This document shows, one piece after another, positions 9,759 through 20,800 of a stretch of DNA of 64,000 bases. Each line of letters opens with the position of its first letter. Position 1 is the stretch's first letter. The stretch comes from Nonlabens sp. (GTDB lineage: Bacteria; Bacteroidota; Bacteroidia; Flavobacteriales; Flavobacteriaceae): positions 1,777 to 65,776 of the forward strand of contig DAIRDE010000008.1 in the NCBI GenBank assembly GCA_036796335.1, written 5' to 3'. The notes under the pieces are model-generated. The model saw only the letters and a list, made by a program, of their open reading frames with translations. It was not told the origin of the DNA and searched no databases. Position numbers and translations under genes: made by a program.

Positions 9759-11873
9759 TTATCGGTCATAGGACCAGTTTAAAATATCGGTGCGCAATCC
9801 CAAATTTACCCATAGGGTACTTTCTTTTATTACAACAGCGTTGTCAAACAGCGGGTTCATATCTCTATAAATAGCCTGCGCATATATGGTAAGTCTGCTC
9901 GATGGATTTATGATGTAGCCCGCCTCTAAATGTCCATAAAAAAAAGATGCGGTATTGCCCTGTGCTAGGGTATTTCCATTATCGCTTATGCGGTCGAACT
10001 CGCTGCGGTAAATATCACCGCCATAATAGGCGTTGTCGGTACCATCTAGTTTATCAAATCCACGTTTTCCATAAATTACCTTCCCGATACCGTACCAACG
10101 TCCATGTGAATATCTGGCAATTCCCAATAGCTCATAAAAATTTGCACCCCATGGATGGGCAAGCGCCTGGTTGCTGTTGCCATAATTAAGGACTACGGTG
10201 TTGTGAGAATAGGTATATGGCCTTACCCGGTTATACTCTGCTTGCAATTGTAAACCACTTACCTGGAAAGGATTTTGCCACTTTACACCTAACTGATAGC
10301 CACTTTTATTTTGGTATCCACCATTGCCACTAATCACTGCCTCACTAGAAAACTCGTCGAGCACAAACTGTGCATAACCTGTGACACGGTCGGTAAATTT
10401 ATATTTTGCAGTAGCTCCTATAAGTGCATTACCGCCACGAGAACCTGTTTGCAACTCGATGACTTGATAAAAAATAATCGGATTTATATAATTAAAATCA
10501 AAACCACGATAATTATCATTTTGCCACAAGACGCTTTCAAAGAAGCCGATGTTCAGGTTTTTGGTGGCATTCCAACTTAGGTAATGGTGTACCATAAATT
10601 TTGTTCTAAAAGAATCGTCGGCAGTCACCTCAGACCGCACATCTCTAAGTGATGTGTACAACACGGTATAATCCAGTTTCCAAAATCTCGCATTTACCTT
10701 TGCATATGGAAATGGTTGTGAGTTATCACTTAAAACCAGCGATCGATACCCGTCACCTATAAAATGCTGCCCGTGACCTAATTGCAAATTAAAGTACGTA
10801 CTAGGCTGGTAATTGATGTAACCTGTTGCAACGGGGTAATCAAAAGTGCCATCGCCATCCTCGGCAATACCGCGACCTGGTACAATACCCGGATTGCCAC
10901 CATCGGGTGCAGCGCGAGTTATTTCGCGATTAAAGTAGCCAGCAAAAATCCCTTGCGACTCGTGAATGCTCGCGCCAAAAGTAAGTTGCTTACCCACCCC
11001 ACCATTTACTTGCACCAGTCGCGTGTTGTTGCGTGTATTTAAACCGTCACCAGTATCTCTCCCTAGTTGCAAGTCCACACCTGGATCTACCACAAACCAA
11101 TAGTCGTCCCCCGCTACTTGAAAAAAGTGCTCGTTCCACCACTTGCGCCCTAGCCACGATTGTGCATTCTTTTGCTGCGATTCTTGTTCGGCTTGTAAGT
11201 CATAATATTCACTAACATAACTAAATGTATATGGTTTTACGGCCGTGTGAGCGTTATTTCCTATCTTATGCATTCCTATTTCATAGGTGCTGTATCGTTG
11301 TGCAGATAATGGAATAAGCGCGTTAGAGAAGATTTCTTGGTTTACATATTTATTAGAAACTATGGTGGTGTAATCGTTGTTCGCTTTCGCGAAAGCGAGA
11401 TTTTTAACAGCACTCGTATTATTTTTAACCTGTTGCATGTCCATGGCGGCATTGCTGTACACTTGAAAGGAGCCATCGTCAATCATGGGTAGTGCTACCG
11501 TTAGCACAAATTGTATAAATGTGGGCGTACCATTATAAAGTGGCGGTTGTATCGTGGGCAGCTCTTTAAAACTGGCTAACAATGCCGATTTAACAAGCGT
11601 ATTTGCTGCATCGATGCGTATTAGTTCAAAAGCACCTGTTTTAGAAACCTCAAACCGCAAGGTTGCCTTGTCCCGAGACACCTTGGTTTGTTGCGTATCT
11701 GGATGATTATAGGAAGCTTTTAACTCCTTATAAAGGTTTTCATAAAAACATTGTTCTATAGCAGCTTGCTCCAATTCTTTACAAGCGTCAAAAACAGGAA
11801 AATACTCTATCCCTTGCTGCGCCTTTAAAAACGGTGGAAACAACAGTAAGCACAGGATAAAAGCTATTCTCAT
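9759..11873 (-). CDS. outer-membrane beta-barrel protein (Wzi/RemB-like) with an N-terminal TonB_C-like domain
   Basis: Signal peptide MRIAFILCLLLFPPFLKAQ. Residues about 25-140 align by eye with the C-terminal domain of the two downstream TonB-like proteins (PVF..C...C...LRFEV..G...LP...P...G.P). The remainder is Y/G/N-rich alternating beta-strand sequence ending in an aromatic residue. Confidence 0.55.
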   Translation of the reverse strand: MRIAFILCLLLFPPFLKAQQGIEYFPVFDACKELEQAAIEQCFYENLYKELKASYNHPDTQQTKVSRDKATLRFEVSKTGAFELIRIDAANTLVKSALLASFKELPTIQPPLYNGTPTFIQFVLTVALPMIDDGSFQVYSNAAMDMQQVKNNTSAVKNLAFAKANNDYTTIVSNKYVNQEIFSNALIPLSAQRYSTYEIGMHKIGNNAHTAVKPYTFSYVSEYYDLQAEQESQQKNAQSWLGRKWWNEHFFQVAGDDYWFVVDPGVDLQLGRDTGDGLNTRNNTRLVQVNGGVGKQLTFGASIHESQGIFAGYFNREITRAAPDGGNPGIVPGRGIAEDGDGTFDYPVATGYINYQPSTYFNLQLGHGQHFIGDGYRSLVLSDNSQPFPYAKVNARFWKLDYTVLYTSLRDVRSEVTADDSFRTKFMVHHYLSWNATKNLNIGFFESVLWQNDNYRGFDFNYINPIIFYQVIELQTGSRGGNALIGATAKYKFTDRVTGYAQFVLDEFSSEAVISGNGGYQNKSGYQLGVKWQNPFQVSGLQLQAEYNRVRPYTYSHNTVVLNYGNSNQALAHPWGANFYELLGIARYSHGRWYGIGKVIYGKRGFDKLDGTDNAYYGGDIYRSEFDRISDNGNTLAQGNTASFFYGHLEAGYIINPSSRLTIYAQAIYRDMNPLFDNAVVIKESTLWVNLGLRTDILNWSYDR
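11382..11397. repeat. palindrome copy 3 (perfect, in the Wzi-like barrel CDS, read as AFAKA)
   Basis: Read directly from the sequence. The peptide context is KNLAFAKANNDY. Confidence 0.97.
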
Positions 11874-12001
11874 ACAGAATCGATTGATGGACAAATATAA
11901 TTTAATTATGACTACTGGTTTTGATTGATACAACAGTTATTCACACGAACATATAGTTAACTATTCACTTTCTACAAACATTATATCATTTATTTAAAAA
12001 C

Positions 12002-12030
12002 AAAAAACCAGGCTATTGGCCTGGTTTTTT
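12002..12030. terminator. intrinsic terminator downstream of TonB-like copy A
   Basis: CCAGGC/GCCTGG stem with a 5-nt loop, flanked by an A6 run and a T6 run. Confidence 0.6.
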
Positions 12031-12050
12031 GTTCTATATAATGTGCCACG

Positions 12051-12788
12051 TTACTGCACTGAAAATATGATAGGGAAGGTATAAATTACCCCTACTGGTC
12101 TATTGCGTTGCTTTCCTGGGGTCATTTTAGGCAATTTAGCGACAACACGTTGCGCTTCTTTTTGCAATGCTGCGTTTTTGGCTTTTGTTTGAACATTTAC
12201 TACATCGCCGTTCTCATCTACTTTAAATTGTACAGCAATGGATTGTCTACCTTCTAGACCTTGCTCGTTTGCAAGACCTGTGTTAAAGTTTTTGTTTACA
12301 AACTGCTGTATTTTTTCATTCATACATTTTTTACGGTCGTCGTTATTCTTTTTGCCTTCGCACCCTGGAAATACCGGAACGTTTTCTATAACGTTAAAAG
12401 GCAAGTCAGCGATAACCTCAGCAGCTACGGCTTCTCTGCGTACTTCGGACACTGTAACCTCTTTTATCTCTTCGGTAATGGTAGTCTCTGTAGGCGCTAT
12501 GATTTGCTCGATAATCTCCTTTTCTTTTTCTACGATTTCTATTTTTTCAGGGATTACCGGTGGCGGTGGTGGCGGTGGTGGCGTGTCTAATTGCATCATG
12601 ACAACTGGCACGTCTTCTTCTTGTGTTTGCGACATGTCTAGAACAATCTCCTCTGGGATTTCTTCAATCTCTGTTGATTCAATTTCTAGTGCTTGCCACG
12701 ATAACAATAACATAAATGCTAGGCCAGTTAGGACATACGTTGTGATGTTTTTACGTAAATCTGCGCTTTCCGTTTTTTTGATTTCCAT
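12051..12788 (-). CDS. energy transducer TonB family protein, copy A
   Basis: N-terminal TM anchor, acidic linker, PPPPPPPP tract, and a C-terminal PVFPGCE..RPVGVIYTFPIIF TonB_C-type domain. Confidence 0.8.
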   Translation of the reverse strand: MEIKKTESADLRKNITTYVLTGLAFMLLLSWQALEIESTEIEEIPEEIVLDMSQTQEEDVPVVMMQLDTPPPPPPPPVIPEKIEIVEKEKEIIEQIIAPTETTITEEIKEVTVSEVRREAVAAEVIADLPFNVIENVPVFPGCEGKKNNDDRKKCMNEKIQQFVNKNFNTGLANEQGLEGRQSIAVQFKVDENGDVVNVQTKAKNAALQKEAQRVVAKLPKMTPGKQRNRPVGVIYTFPIIFSVQ

Positions 12789-12842
12789 GATGAAAAATTT
12801 AGGAGCTAAAAATAATTAAATTGTTGTTGCTTAAACAAACTT

Positions 12843-12990
12843 TCTAGGAAATATCTGATCTAAATTTTTCAGAAAATATCCATAGCATCAAAATGGCAAC
12901 AATAATGCCAAACGAATTTGCTACCATGTCTAGAACATCCATGGTTCGGTTTTGCGAAATAAAACCCTGCCCTAATTCTAAAAGCGCCCC
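12843..12990 (-). pseudogene. duplicated 3-prime fragment of the vanZ-like gene
   Basis: 148 nt identical by eye to 13978..14125, which encodes the last 49 codons plus the stop of the VanZ-like CDS. No matching N-terminal part lies upstream. Confidence 0.8.
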
Positions 12991-13185
12991 AAGGTTTAAA
13001 GAAATGATTGATTAATGAACAAATACTTCTAATTTGTGCCTAATGGATTAGAATGCCATTATATCCAGTCTAGTTAAGGGATCGTTACTGATATTCATGT
13101 AATCACTACTAAGAGAACATCCTTCTTTAAAACAACAAAAAACCAGACTTATCGCCTGGTTTTTTAACTTTATGATGCAGTATAT

Positions 13186-13923
13186 TTAATGTACCAAAAA
13201 TATAATTGGGAAACTGTAAATTACCCCTACTGGTCTATTGCGTTGTTTTCCTGGGGTCATTTTAGGCAATTTACCTACAACACGCTGTGCTTCTTTTTGC
13301 AAGGCAGGGTTTTTAGCTTTTGCTTCGACATTTACAACATTGCCATGCTCATCTACTTTAAATTGTACAGCAATGGATTGTCTGCCTTCTAGACCTTGCT
13401 CCTTTGCAAGACTGTTGTCAAAGTTTTTGTTTACAAACTTCTGTATTTTTTCATTCATACATTTTTTACGGTCGTCGTTATTCTTTTTGCCTTCGCACCC
13501 AGGGAATACAGGAACGTTTTCTATAATGTCAAAAGGAACGTCAACAATAACAGCTGCCTTTAAAACCTCTATACCCACGTCGGATACTGCGACCTCTTTA
13601 ATCGTATCATCGACAGCAGTGTCTGTAGGGGCGATGATTTGGTCTATGATTTGCTTTTCCTTTTCAACAATCTCTATCTGTTCAGGAATTAGTGGCGGTG
13701 GTGGCGGTGGTGGTGGCGTGTCTAATATCATTATGGCAATTTGCACATCATCTTCTTGTATTTGCGAGACGTCTAGAGCTATCTCCTGCGGAATTTCTTC
13801 AATCTCGGCAGACTCCACTTCGAGCGCTTGCCACGATAACAATAACATTAGTACCAAACCAGATAAGACATACGTTGTGATGTTTTTACGTAAATCTGCG
13901 CGTTCCGTTTTTTTGATTTCCAT
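13186..13923 (-). CDS. energy transducer TonB family protein, copy B
   Basis: Same 245-aa architecture as copy A. It differs at about 52 of 245 residues in my gap-free hand alignment. Confidence 0.8.
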   Translation of the reverse strand: MEIKKTERADLRKNITTYVLSGLVLMLLLSWQALEVESAEIEEIPQEIALDVSQIQEDDVQIAIMILDTPPPPPPPPLIPEQIEIVEKEKQIIDQIIAPTDTAVDDTIKEVAVSDVGIEVLKAAVIVDVPFDIIENVPVFPGCEGKKNNDDRKKCMNEKIQKFVNKNFDNSLAKEQGLEGRQSIAVQFKVDEHGNVVNVEAKAKNPALQKEAQRVVGKLPKMTPGKQRNRPVGVIYSFPIIFLVH

Positions 13924-13977
13924 GATGAAAAATTAAGGGGTTAGACAAATTAAATTCTTGTTGCTTAAACAAAAATT

Positions 13978-14397
13978 CTAGGAAATATCTGATCTAAATT
14001 TTTCAGAAAATATCCATAGCATCAAAATGGCAACAATAATGCCAAACGAATTTGCTACCATGTCTAGAACATCCATGGTTCGGTTTTGCGAAATAAAACC
14101 CTGCCCTAATTCTAAAAGCGCCCCTATAATTAAAGAAGTTAACGCAGCGTGTACCACCGCCATACGATTCCATTGCAACAGCGGTACCAACCGACTTTTT
14201 AATGCAGGTGCTTGCGCAACCACATCGTTCTTATTAAAAAACAAATACCACAGCAAAAACATCACTATGTATGCTGTTGCGTGGTATACTTTATCTATAT
14301 GGCTAACCTCAATATGTGGTACACGATTGTTACCTAACGACATGAAGGTAATAAAAGCCGTATAGAGCGGTGCAAGACCTAGGGTGAGTTTACGCAC
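13978..14397 (-). CDS. VanZ family membrane protein
   Basis: 139 aa with 4 TM segments and a VanZ-like pattern. Overlaps the gcvH stop by 8 nt. Confidence 0.75.
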   Translation of the reverse strand: MRKLTLGLAPLYTAFITFMSLGNNRVPHIEVSHIDKVYHATAYIVMFLLWYLFFNKNDVVAQAPALKSRLVPLLQWNRMAVVHAALTSLIIGALLELGQGFISQNRTMDVLDMVANSFGIIVAILMLWIFSEKFRSDIS

Positions 14398-14770
14398 CTA
14401 CAAGTTCCTTATATGCAGCTGCGTCTAGAAGGTTATCAAATTGCGCTGTGTCTTCAACGGTCATTTTTATCATCCATCCAGCACCATAAGGATCGGTGTT
14501 TACTAATTCTGGTGTGTCTGCAAGGGCTTCATTAAAGGCTGTAATCGTACCGCTAACCGGTAAAAATAAATCAGATACTGTTTTTACAGCTTCAACCGTA
14601 CCAAAAACCTCGTCCTGTGCCAGGCTTTGGTCTAGGCTCTCTACCTCTACATAGACGATGTCGCCTAGCTCGCCTTGAGCATAATCTGTGATACCTACTG
14701 TTGCAGTATCACCCTCTATAAGTATCCACTCGTGGTCTTTAGTGTATTTTAAATCGGCTGGAATATTCAT
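14390..14770 (-). CDS. gcvH: glycine cleavage system protein H
   Basis: 126 aa with the lipoyl-lysine motif [10 protein letters not shown] and YTKDHEW. Confidence 0.95.
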   Translation of the reverse strand: MNIPADLKYTKDHEWILIEGDTATVGITDYAQGELGDIVYVEVESLDQSLAQDEVFGTVEAVKTVSDLFLPVSGTITAFNEALADTPELVNTDPYGAGWMIKMTVEDTAQFDNLLDAAAYKELVGA

Positions 14771-14834
14771 GTTTTATAATTTATGATGGGGTAAATTTAC
14801 TAATACATTTTAGCTTCTTACAAAGAAAGTGTTG

Positions 14835-17800
14835 TTAATTACCAAAAGTATAACGCAAGGTAAACCCACTGCGTATGGTGGTTTGCGGGAATGCTGTAGA
14901 AATGGCAAATTGTGAGAACGTGTGGTCATAATAAAATAACGCGGTAAACGCAGCGCTTAAAGCATACTCGCCTGTAAACTTAAGTCCATATATTGTTTGC
15001 CCTGCAGTAGCCTGGCTGTTATCTAAATCCAGATATCTTATAATGGTAACATTATCACGCACTGACCCATCTAAACGCAAGTTTAAGTCACTTTTAATAA
15101 TGGTACTTCTACCGCCTACATTTGTTTTAAATCGCAAATCCTTTATACGATATCCTAAACCCAGAATAAGCTCATTCCCATTAATTTCAGTTAATAAGTT
15201 ATTGTCAAAACTTAAAGAAACTACACGATCTCTTCTAATTTCGGCTGCTACCGAAAGTGAGTTTTTCATCTCAAAATCTAGTTTAATGAGCGGGCTAAAT
15301 TGCTCGGCGAGGTTAATGTTGAAGAATAAATTACTCGCTTTAAAATCACCGTTTTGGTTAAGAGCTACTGTGTTTTGCCTGTCGTACTCTAATCCAGGTG
15401 TACCAGATACAAAATCCAGGTTTGTTTGAAACTGGTTGATGGTGTAACTAGATCGATAACCGTGATTTAAAGAGAATCGATTAAAGCGCTTTTTAAACCA
15501 TTGAAGATTCATTAAACCTGTGTATTTAATGGTCCAGTTAGGTAACGGAATGTCCTTAAACGCACCAGATTTTTGGTCAGCAATGTCACGCCCCTCATAA
15601 GCTGCAAGAAAAGCAGGTAAAAGTACATTTTGGCTGTTACGACTGAAACCTTGCGGGAAACCATCGGCATCGCGGCTGTAGGTGTCAGACCCGTAAAATT
15701 CTCGTGCAAGACGCTCGGCAACTGCTAGCCTGTTTTCTCTAAAGGTGTCAAAAACGGGGGAATTATCAATCGTACTAGGTTTAAAGGCTGTTGCTATGGT
15801 TAATGTAGATATATTAAAATTTCCCGATGTATTAGGTGTAAGCTGTTGGTATGTTAAATCTATAGGATCTACACGGAAATTTTCAGAGAAATTCTCCTGA
15901 TAATTGCGATTAGCTATCACATCAATTTTTAAGTCCTTAAGTACATCGACATTAAAATTAACATCCAGCAATCGGGTCTCAACCTCGGTATATTGTTGGT
16001 TAAATTCCTGGAACAAGGTTAACCAACCGCGTCGTGCTGCTAGATCACGAATCTCGGCCTGTGAACCAAATGTAAAGCCTAGTGTTGGGGTGAGTGTCCC
16101 TATAAAACCGACATCGGGGGTGTAGCCTGGTAACGTGGTACCGTTTGTTTCTTGATAATTAATTTGAACACGTTTAACCGCAGTAACAATTCCCACAAGT
16201 GTGTTGTATGCTTGGTTTGCAAAATTCTTTTTAGGAATCTTAGCCTCCTCTCCTTTTTTATCGCCAGCGGCAGGTGGGGCGGCGGGTGCACCTCGTCTAG
16301 GAGTACTTGCTGCACGCGTTCTTGTACCTGCCGCTGGTACACCAAATTTCTTTTTCTTCAATCCTATGTAAGAGTATAACTTATCAAGATCTAAGGACCC
16401 GTTTAGGCGGTGTGTGTTTGCATTTTGAACAGTATTTCCTAAATCTGGTATGCCCTCTAGCTGCGAGAATTGTTGTGAACTGCGCTGCCAGTTAAAATCT
16501 GCAGAGTATGTGTAGTTCGCTTTCGCGAAAGCGAGAAACGGAAACTTATCAAAGGGTAACTGATACGTCGTTTGTAATTGCTGCGTGTGTGCATTAGGAA
16601 CCCCCTCGTCGATAAAGTTTGTCCATATCCCATAGCTCTCGTCTATACTGTCATCGTCGTTTATAAAGGAGCGTATAACGCGATCGTTGTTTGCAGAGAA
16701 ATTGACTTGTAGTGATTTTGTAATATCCCAATTAATGGCGTAGCGGTTGTTAAATGTAAAATTGCGATTTGTTAATGGGTCTATAGAAATGTTTTGGGCA
16801 TCAGGAATACCATCACCATTTAAGTCTACAGGATTTGTGTCTAACTGTAAGTCTCTAAATTGCTGGCGGTTAAATTGCCTAATCACGGTACTTGTTGCAG
16901 TAAAATTATTAGGTAAAAGATTTATATTAAAGTCTTTAGCAAAGTCAAAATATTTTGATTTACCTAAAAAACCTATGTTTTTAAATGGTTCTAAGGTAGA
17001 CTTAGGAAATGCATAGTTATAGGTCGCCGCCACATTTACCGACTGGTCTATGAATTCGGCAACCTCAAAATTGCGCTGATCGGTCTGGTTATAGGAACCA
17101 GAAAATGTAAAGTTTTCAATATTATAAGGCATGGGTTTAGCATCGCCGGTGCGGTCTTTACGCACGCCTATCAGGTTTACACTTTGCCTGCGGGTGTAAT
17201 CTTCACTTTGTTGTCTTATCGCCTCGCGTTCGGCATCACTTGTGGCGTTTGCTAGACGGGTATCTAGTTCTATGTCTTCAAATTGTGGGTCGAATTGTGG
17301 GGTCACTGTCGTTTCCCCGATGCTATAGGTAAATGGCAAGTTCACGCCCCATTTTTTTGGTAATAATTGCCCTAAACTCACACTGGTGGTGACATCGTAC
17401 TGGGTGACATCTTCTCGACTGCGCTCGTTAGGACCTTGTTCAATGGCCCCAAAACCTATAGTGCTTCTTCTTCCAGATGCACTTACGGTGGCAAAATCTG
17501 CAATGTTTGCATCCAGATTCATGACGGCAGCATATCCCCCCTGATTTTTAAGTCCCGAAAGTCGCAACTCGTTTACCCACACCTCGCCACAAATATCGTT
17601 TGTACTGGCGTTGCGCACGCCTATCATTAAGGTTCGTACATCGCCAAAATTAGGATTTCCCTTAATCCCAAAACGATGCAAGTTGGGTCTACCGGCTGCA
17701 GCGGGATTTAAATCTACTTCATTAAAAAAGTTGAGTTCGTTTACATTGAGTGCAGGATTGCCTAAAACCAAAGATTTGATTTGTTGTAAAAGCGCAAGAT

Positions 17801-20800
17801 CTATTCGTATATCATTGGACTGCGGCCAGATTTCTTCCCGCACGGTTGTTCCAAAAGCTGTAGGTTTAAGTGGAAGCCGTATTTCATAAAAATTTTCGGT
17901 AAAATCTAAACCTATGCGCAAAAAAACCTCCATCTGGTCGTCTAACAGCGGGACTTGATTTAAAAGAGACTCGGCATGCACAAACATTTCGAGCTGCTCA
18001 TACTGCCTCATATCTATACGTATATTTTTAAAGACTGCACGCGCATCGTCTGGTTCTAGACCGCAGGTTCTTAAGGCAAGAGACTGCTCGTTTTGTCTAA
18101 TGTTTTGGTTTTGCGTACGCAACTCCTCACGTTCAATTCCTGGGGGTAAACGGTAGGGAATGGGCGAGCGACTTTCGTTATTCTCTATGTTAACCCCTTC
18201 TACTTCAAAGGTGGTACCGTCATCATTAGGATCGGGATCTGTGTCTTGTAGGCTCGCTGTGTACCGTCTATAATCGCCACGCACAAGTTCTAAAGATCCA
18301 AACCGCAGATAGGTATCTTCAGCAAAGTTTGTCAATGCTAATCGCATAAACCGTATGGCACGCAAATCGGCTATTCCACCCACGACCTCGCGATTTGGGT
18401 CGTTTATTGGGACTCTAAATTGAACCCATCGGGTGTTGATTGTATTACCGTTAGGCAATGTGGTTTGTACGTTTTTTGTATCAAAGATATATTGGCTGCT
18501 AGCCACGTCCATTCCAGGAAATATGGGAATATCATAGGCATAATAACTGTCTATTGTATTCATTGTGTTATCGCGATTGATATCTTCTACATCGGGCAAG
18601 GTTGTAGAACCCCGATTGTTTTGTGTTACCTCGGTAGGTGAGTTTCCTTGCGTATTGTTATAACGCTTGTACCTGTTTAAGATATCCCCGTTTGCTGCAA
18701 GAAAATATTCATAATTATCGCCTGCTGGATCTTGTGGATCAAATTGCGGGAACAGCGCAGCCTCTTCAGCATCGCTTAACCCGTCTAAGCCTATGTCTTG
18801 ATTAACACGTTCTTGTCCCTCGGTATCAAATGCGTATATAAGCGATTGGTTAGAAGGAACTTTTCCATAATCTGTGGGTATAGTAAGAAGGGTCCCACCA
18901 TCTCTAGGAAGACCATTTTCAAACTGCTTGCGGTTATCTTTTAAAATATCCTCGCTTATACTTCCTAAATTTATGGATATGGTACCCCCGTTGTTAGTAG
19001 GTTCATATAGAAATGGGTCCATGAGCCAAAACTGAATATACTCAACATTTGTTTGCTCAAAATCGGTGCTAGAAAACGATCGGGTGATTCCACCCCAATT
19101 TTCACGTGGATTAGGCAAGGTGTTTGAAGCCGCTGCAAGGGGATTGTAGTTGTATGGACCGCGCTCGGTAGGATAATATGCAAGGTCTAAAGTGGGGATT
19201 ATTTGCTGTTGTCCCTGCTGTATATCGACGTTAGGAAATATTTCGTCTATAAAAACACGTCGCGTTCTATAATCAGAGATGTCATCATCGCTTAAACCTG
19301 CTGGACGCTGGTTACCATAAAAAATAGGATCTATAGAATACCATGCCAGCCTTGCTCTTAAATAATTATATGCCAGTCTATTAGAATCACTACCGCCATT
19401 CTCAAACGCTTTAGGAACGCTGGATAAGAACCATGCAAATGGGTTTAAGATGTCTATACTGGTTTGTGAACCTTCAAAATCGTCTACAAAAGCAGCTGCT
19501 CTACCTTGAAAATTATCACCTGCAGGGGATCCTGGTAACAAGTAAGCAAACTCCCCGCGTACTGAAAGGTTAGACTCTACATCGGTATCTATATTCGGTA
19601 ATTTGTTTGCAAGTCTTGTTAAAAAAGGAACCTGAGTGTTGTACAAAAAGTTTGTACCAATGATGGTATTATTGATAGGTTCAAAACCATAGGTTGCTTT
19701 AGGGGTAACAGGTCGCTCGTTGAGATTTAAGAAGGTCCCGCCCAAAATAAAATCTTTACTAAACTGGTGTTCTACATTTATTCCTGTAAAACGTTTTACT
19801 TGCTGGTTAAATGCCGAATTATTCTCTGTAGATACTTGTATAGGTGTATTTGAATTTAATAATGCTTGATCCAATATAATAACACGACCCGCCTGATAGT
19901 CTACGGTGTAATCGATTCCCTCTTGCAAAACACGCCCACCAGCATTTACAGTAACAGACCCGCGAGGGACGTTAAATGCACCAATAGGAATACCTTCTTG
20001 TCCCGTTGCTTTGTATTGACCTCGTATAAGGTATTTGTTTTTATCAGCACTTTCTAGAGCCTGTGCCTTTGTTGTACGGTACATATCCCTGTAAACATAC
20101 TGTGCCTGGTTTGCGTTATAGGTAGCGGGGTTGTCATAATTTTCACTTCCACTTGTAGGTGGGTTAACGAGTTTGTTAAATAAATAACTACCAAAGGGCT
20201 CAACGCTCGTAAATATCACCCGACCATTTTCTGTATCGATTGTTAAGCCTGGAATAAAATCAAAGAAGCCGTCACCCGCCGTTTGTGGATCGCCCTGCCT
20301 GTTTAATCGGTCTAGATTAAAAACACGTATTAACGTAGTTTGGTCAACACCTGGCGGTAAAGGCACTGGTGGGTTAGTTAACGTACCAGCCGATGCTGTT
20401 ATGTAGTTAAGCTCGGGCGGGAATTGATAGAATATGTTCAATTTAAAGTCTTCTTGCGACAACTGGAATCCACCTAGATTGTAGATGTTCTTCATCATTA
20501 AGTCCCAGATAGGCTCACTCACATTTGTTAGGTTGCTTTTAAGAAGTTTTACAACAAGGCTTTGATTGTTTACGGGCGGCTGTGCTGGATTGGGGTTTTC
20601 TATGACACTTGTTGCCACAACACCGTCGTTTGCAAATTCACCTACTTGAAAAACCCTTCCGTTAACGGTGTACTGAAAAGCAACTGCGAGAACCTCGTCG
20701 TTGTTTAATCGCTGTCTTAAAGAAATATATCCTAGTTGCGTATTAAGCGTGTATTCTTGAGGTGTTAATTTGCGCGCACTTTCTAAAGTCACATAATCAA

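Larger units (their letters stand above)
12002..14125. repeat. tandem segmental duplication, period 1135 bp (terminator + TonB-like gene + vanZ 3-prime end)
   Basis: 12051..12788 corresponds to 13186..13923, 12843..12990 to 13978..14125, and the terminator at 12002..12030 to a weaker hairpin near 13137..13167. The segment 12991..13134 is unique junction filler. Confidence 0.85.

Noticed and set aside
12559-12582. (GGN)8 tract encoding PPPPPPPP (also at about 13693..13717), considered as a slipped-strand phase-variation switch.
   Set aside because: The tract is an imperfect triplet repeat, so slippage would stay in frame. It is identical in length in both paralogs. Poly-Pro is a normal TonB feature.
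12238-13936. Long plus-strand ORFs (12238..12819, 193 aa; 13238..13936, 232 aa) containing poly-Gly runs.
   Set aside because: They are the antisense frames of the two TonB-like genes, and the G8 runs mirror the P8 runs. The minus-strand frames carry a coherent TM anchor, proline tract and TonB_C architecture. The plus frames have no start context or motifs.
14771-14834. Possible glycine riboswitch upstream of gcvH.
   Set aside because: The spacer is only 64 nt, too short for a glycine aptamer, and I see no conserved aptamer core.
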